Below, one piece after another: positions 63,260 to 64,000 of a stretch of 64,000 nucleotides of DNA; position 1 is the stretch's first letter; each line of letters opens with the position of its first letter. Source of the stretch: Lingula anatina (Eukaryota > Animalia > Brachiopoda); NCBI GenBank assembly GCA_051362555.1, contig CM120641.1, positions 16,926,001-16,990,000 on the forward strand, read 5' to 3'. Below the pieces are notes generated by a model, which saw only the letters and a list, made by a program, of their open reading frames with translations, was not told where the DNA came from and did no database searches. Both the position numbers and the translations under genes were made by a program.

Positions 63260-64000
63260 TCATTATTATCGTTAGTAATATTACACACTAGAATGGCTTC
63301 ATTTCAAAGTGATATGTATTTATGTAGCAAGACTGCATCCAGTGTGTTCCCAGGTACAGGAACCACCACTGCATGTCACATGAATTGCCATAGGAACAGC
63401 ATTCTCCAGTAAGTTGGATTGTTTCTGGATACAACTTGACTACACTGACAGGGGAGAGCTTGTAGGTTTCAGGAGACTCCATTTCTGTTGGATAATGTGA
63501 TCTTAGGGGGATTTAAAGTTTAAGGAGACTTTGCTGATAATTCTACAGGGATGTTTCAAGTCGAAGGCATTGCTTGTTACAAAAAGATTACATATAGGCA
63601 CAAAATATCTAGCGACACAGCCAAAGTTGACTCGAGGATAGTTGTGTGAATTGTTGCTGCACACTTGTGCATTTGGTGCAGAAATATGTAGATATTTATT
63701 CTAAGTGCAATTAAAAGAAAATACCTGGCATTTCAATTTTTTGATGCTGGTTTTATGCAATCCTAAAATGTTCCGTATGTAATTGAGCTAAGTTTGTCTA
63801 CTTTATTTTGTACAAAATCTAAACTAAGGAAGATAAACCTTTTTTTTCTGCATTGTTTCCATATTTTATTATTACACCAAGTTTTGCATTTCAGAGATTA
63901 GCATACCTATTCACCCAGCATACCGACCCTCACTTTTACTTCTCTCATTATATATCTTTCAAGTGTACCGTTTTTACACAGTACTGTCTTCCCACCCAGT

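Overview
AT-rich eukaryotic (invertebrate, probably molluscan-type) genomic DNA with spliced genes. There are four host genes. (1) SLC35B2/PAPST1 PAPS transporter (+, CDS 3924-5844, 2 coding exons). (2) A PRORP/MRPP3-like mitochondrial RNase P nuclease (-, 6 coding exons, 35482 to 7486, about 576 aa) with a diverged NYN active site. (3) Exportin-5 (+, about 32 exons, 41764-59014), which includes a U12-type AT-AC intron. (4) A short RING plus TRAF-type zinc-finger gene (+, 61601-63259). The PRORP introns are filled with mobile DNA: two families of HINE/Helitron-like elements with internal tandem repeats, a 5'-truncated Tx1/L1 LINE, and an intact full-length Tx1/L1 LINE sitting inside a foldback element with 423-bp terminal inverted repeats. 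The most intriguing signal is in the intact LINE: a 5'-UTR splice donor and a branch point/acceptor just before ORF2 would join its first ATG in frame to ORF2 and skip ORF1. XPO5 introns hold a piggyBac-like relic, a 6-bp-TSD foldback element and a DIRS/Ngaro-like fragment flanked by a duplicated exon end and splice donor. Exon boundaries were derived by hand and family assignments rest on recalled motifs, not on database searches.
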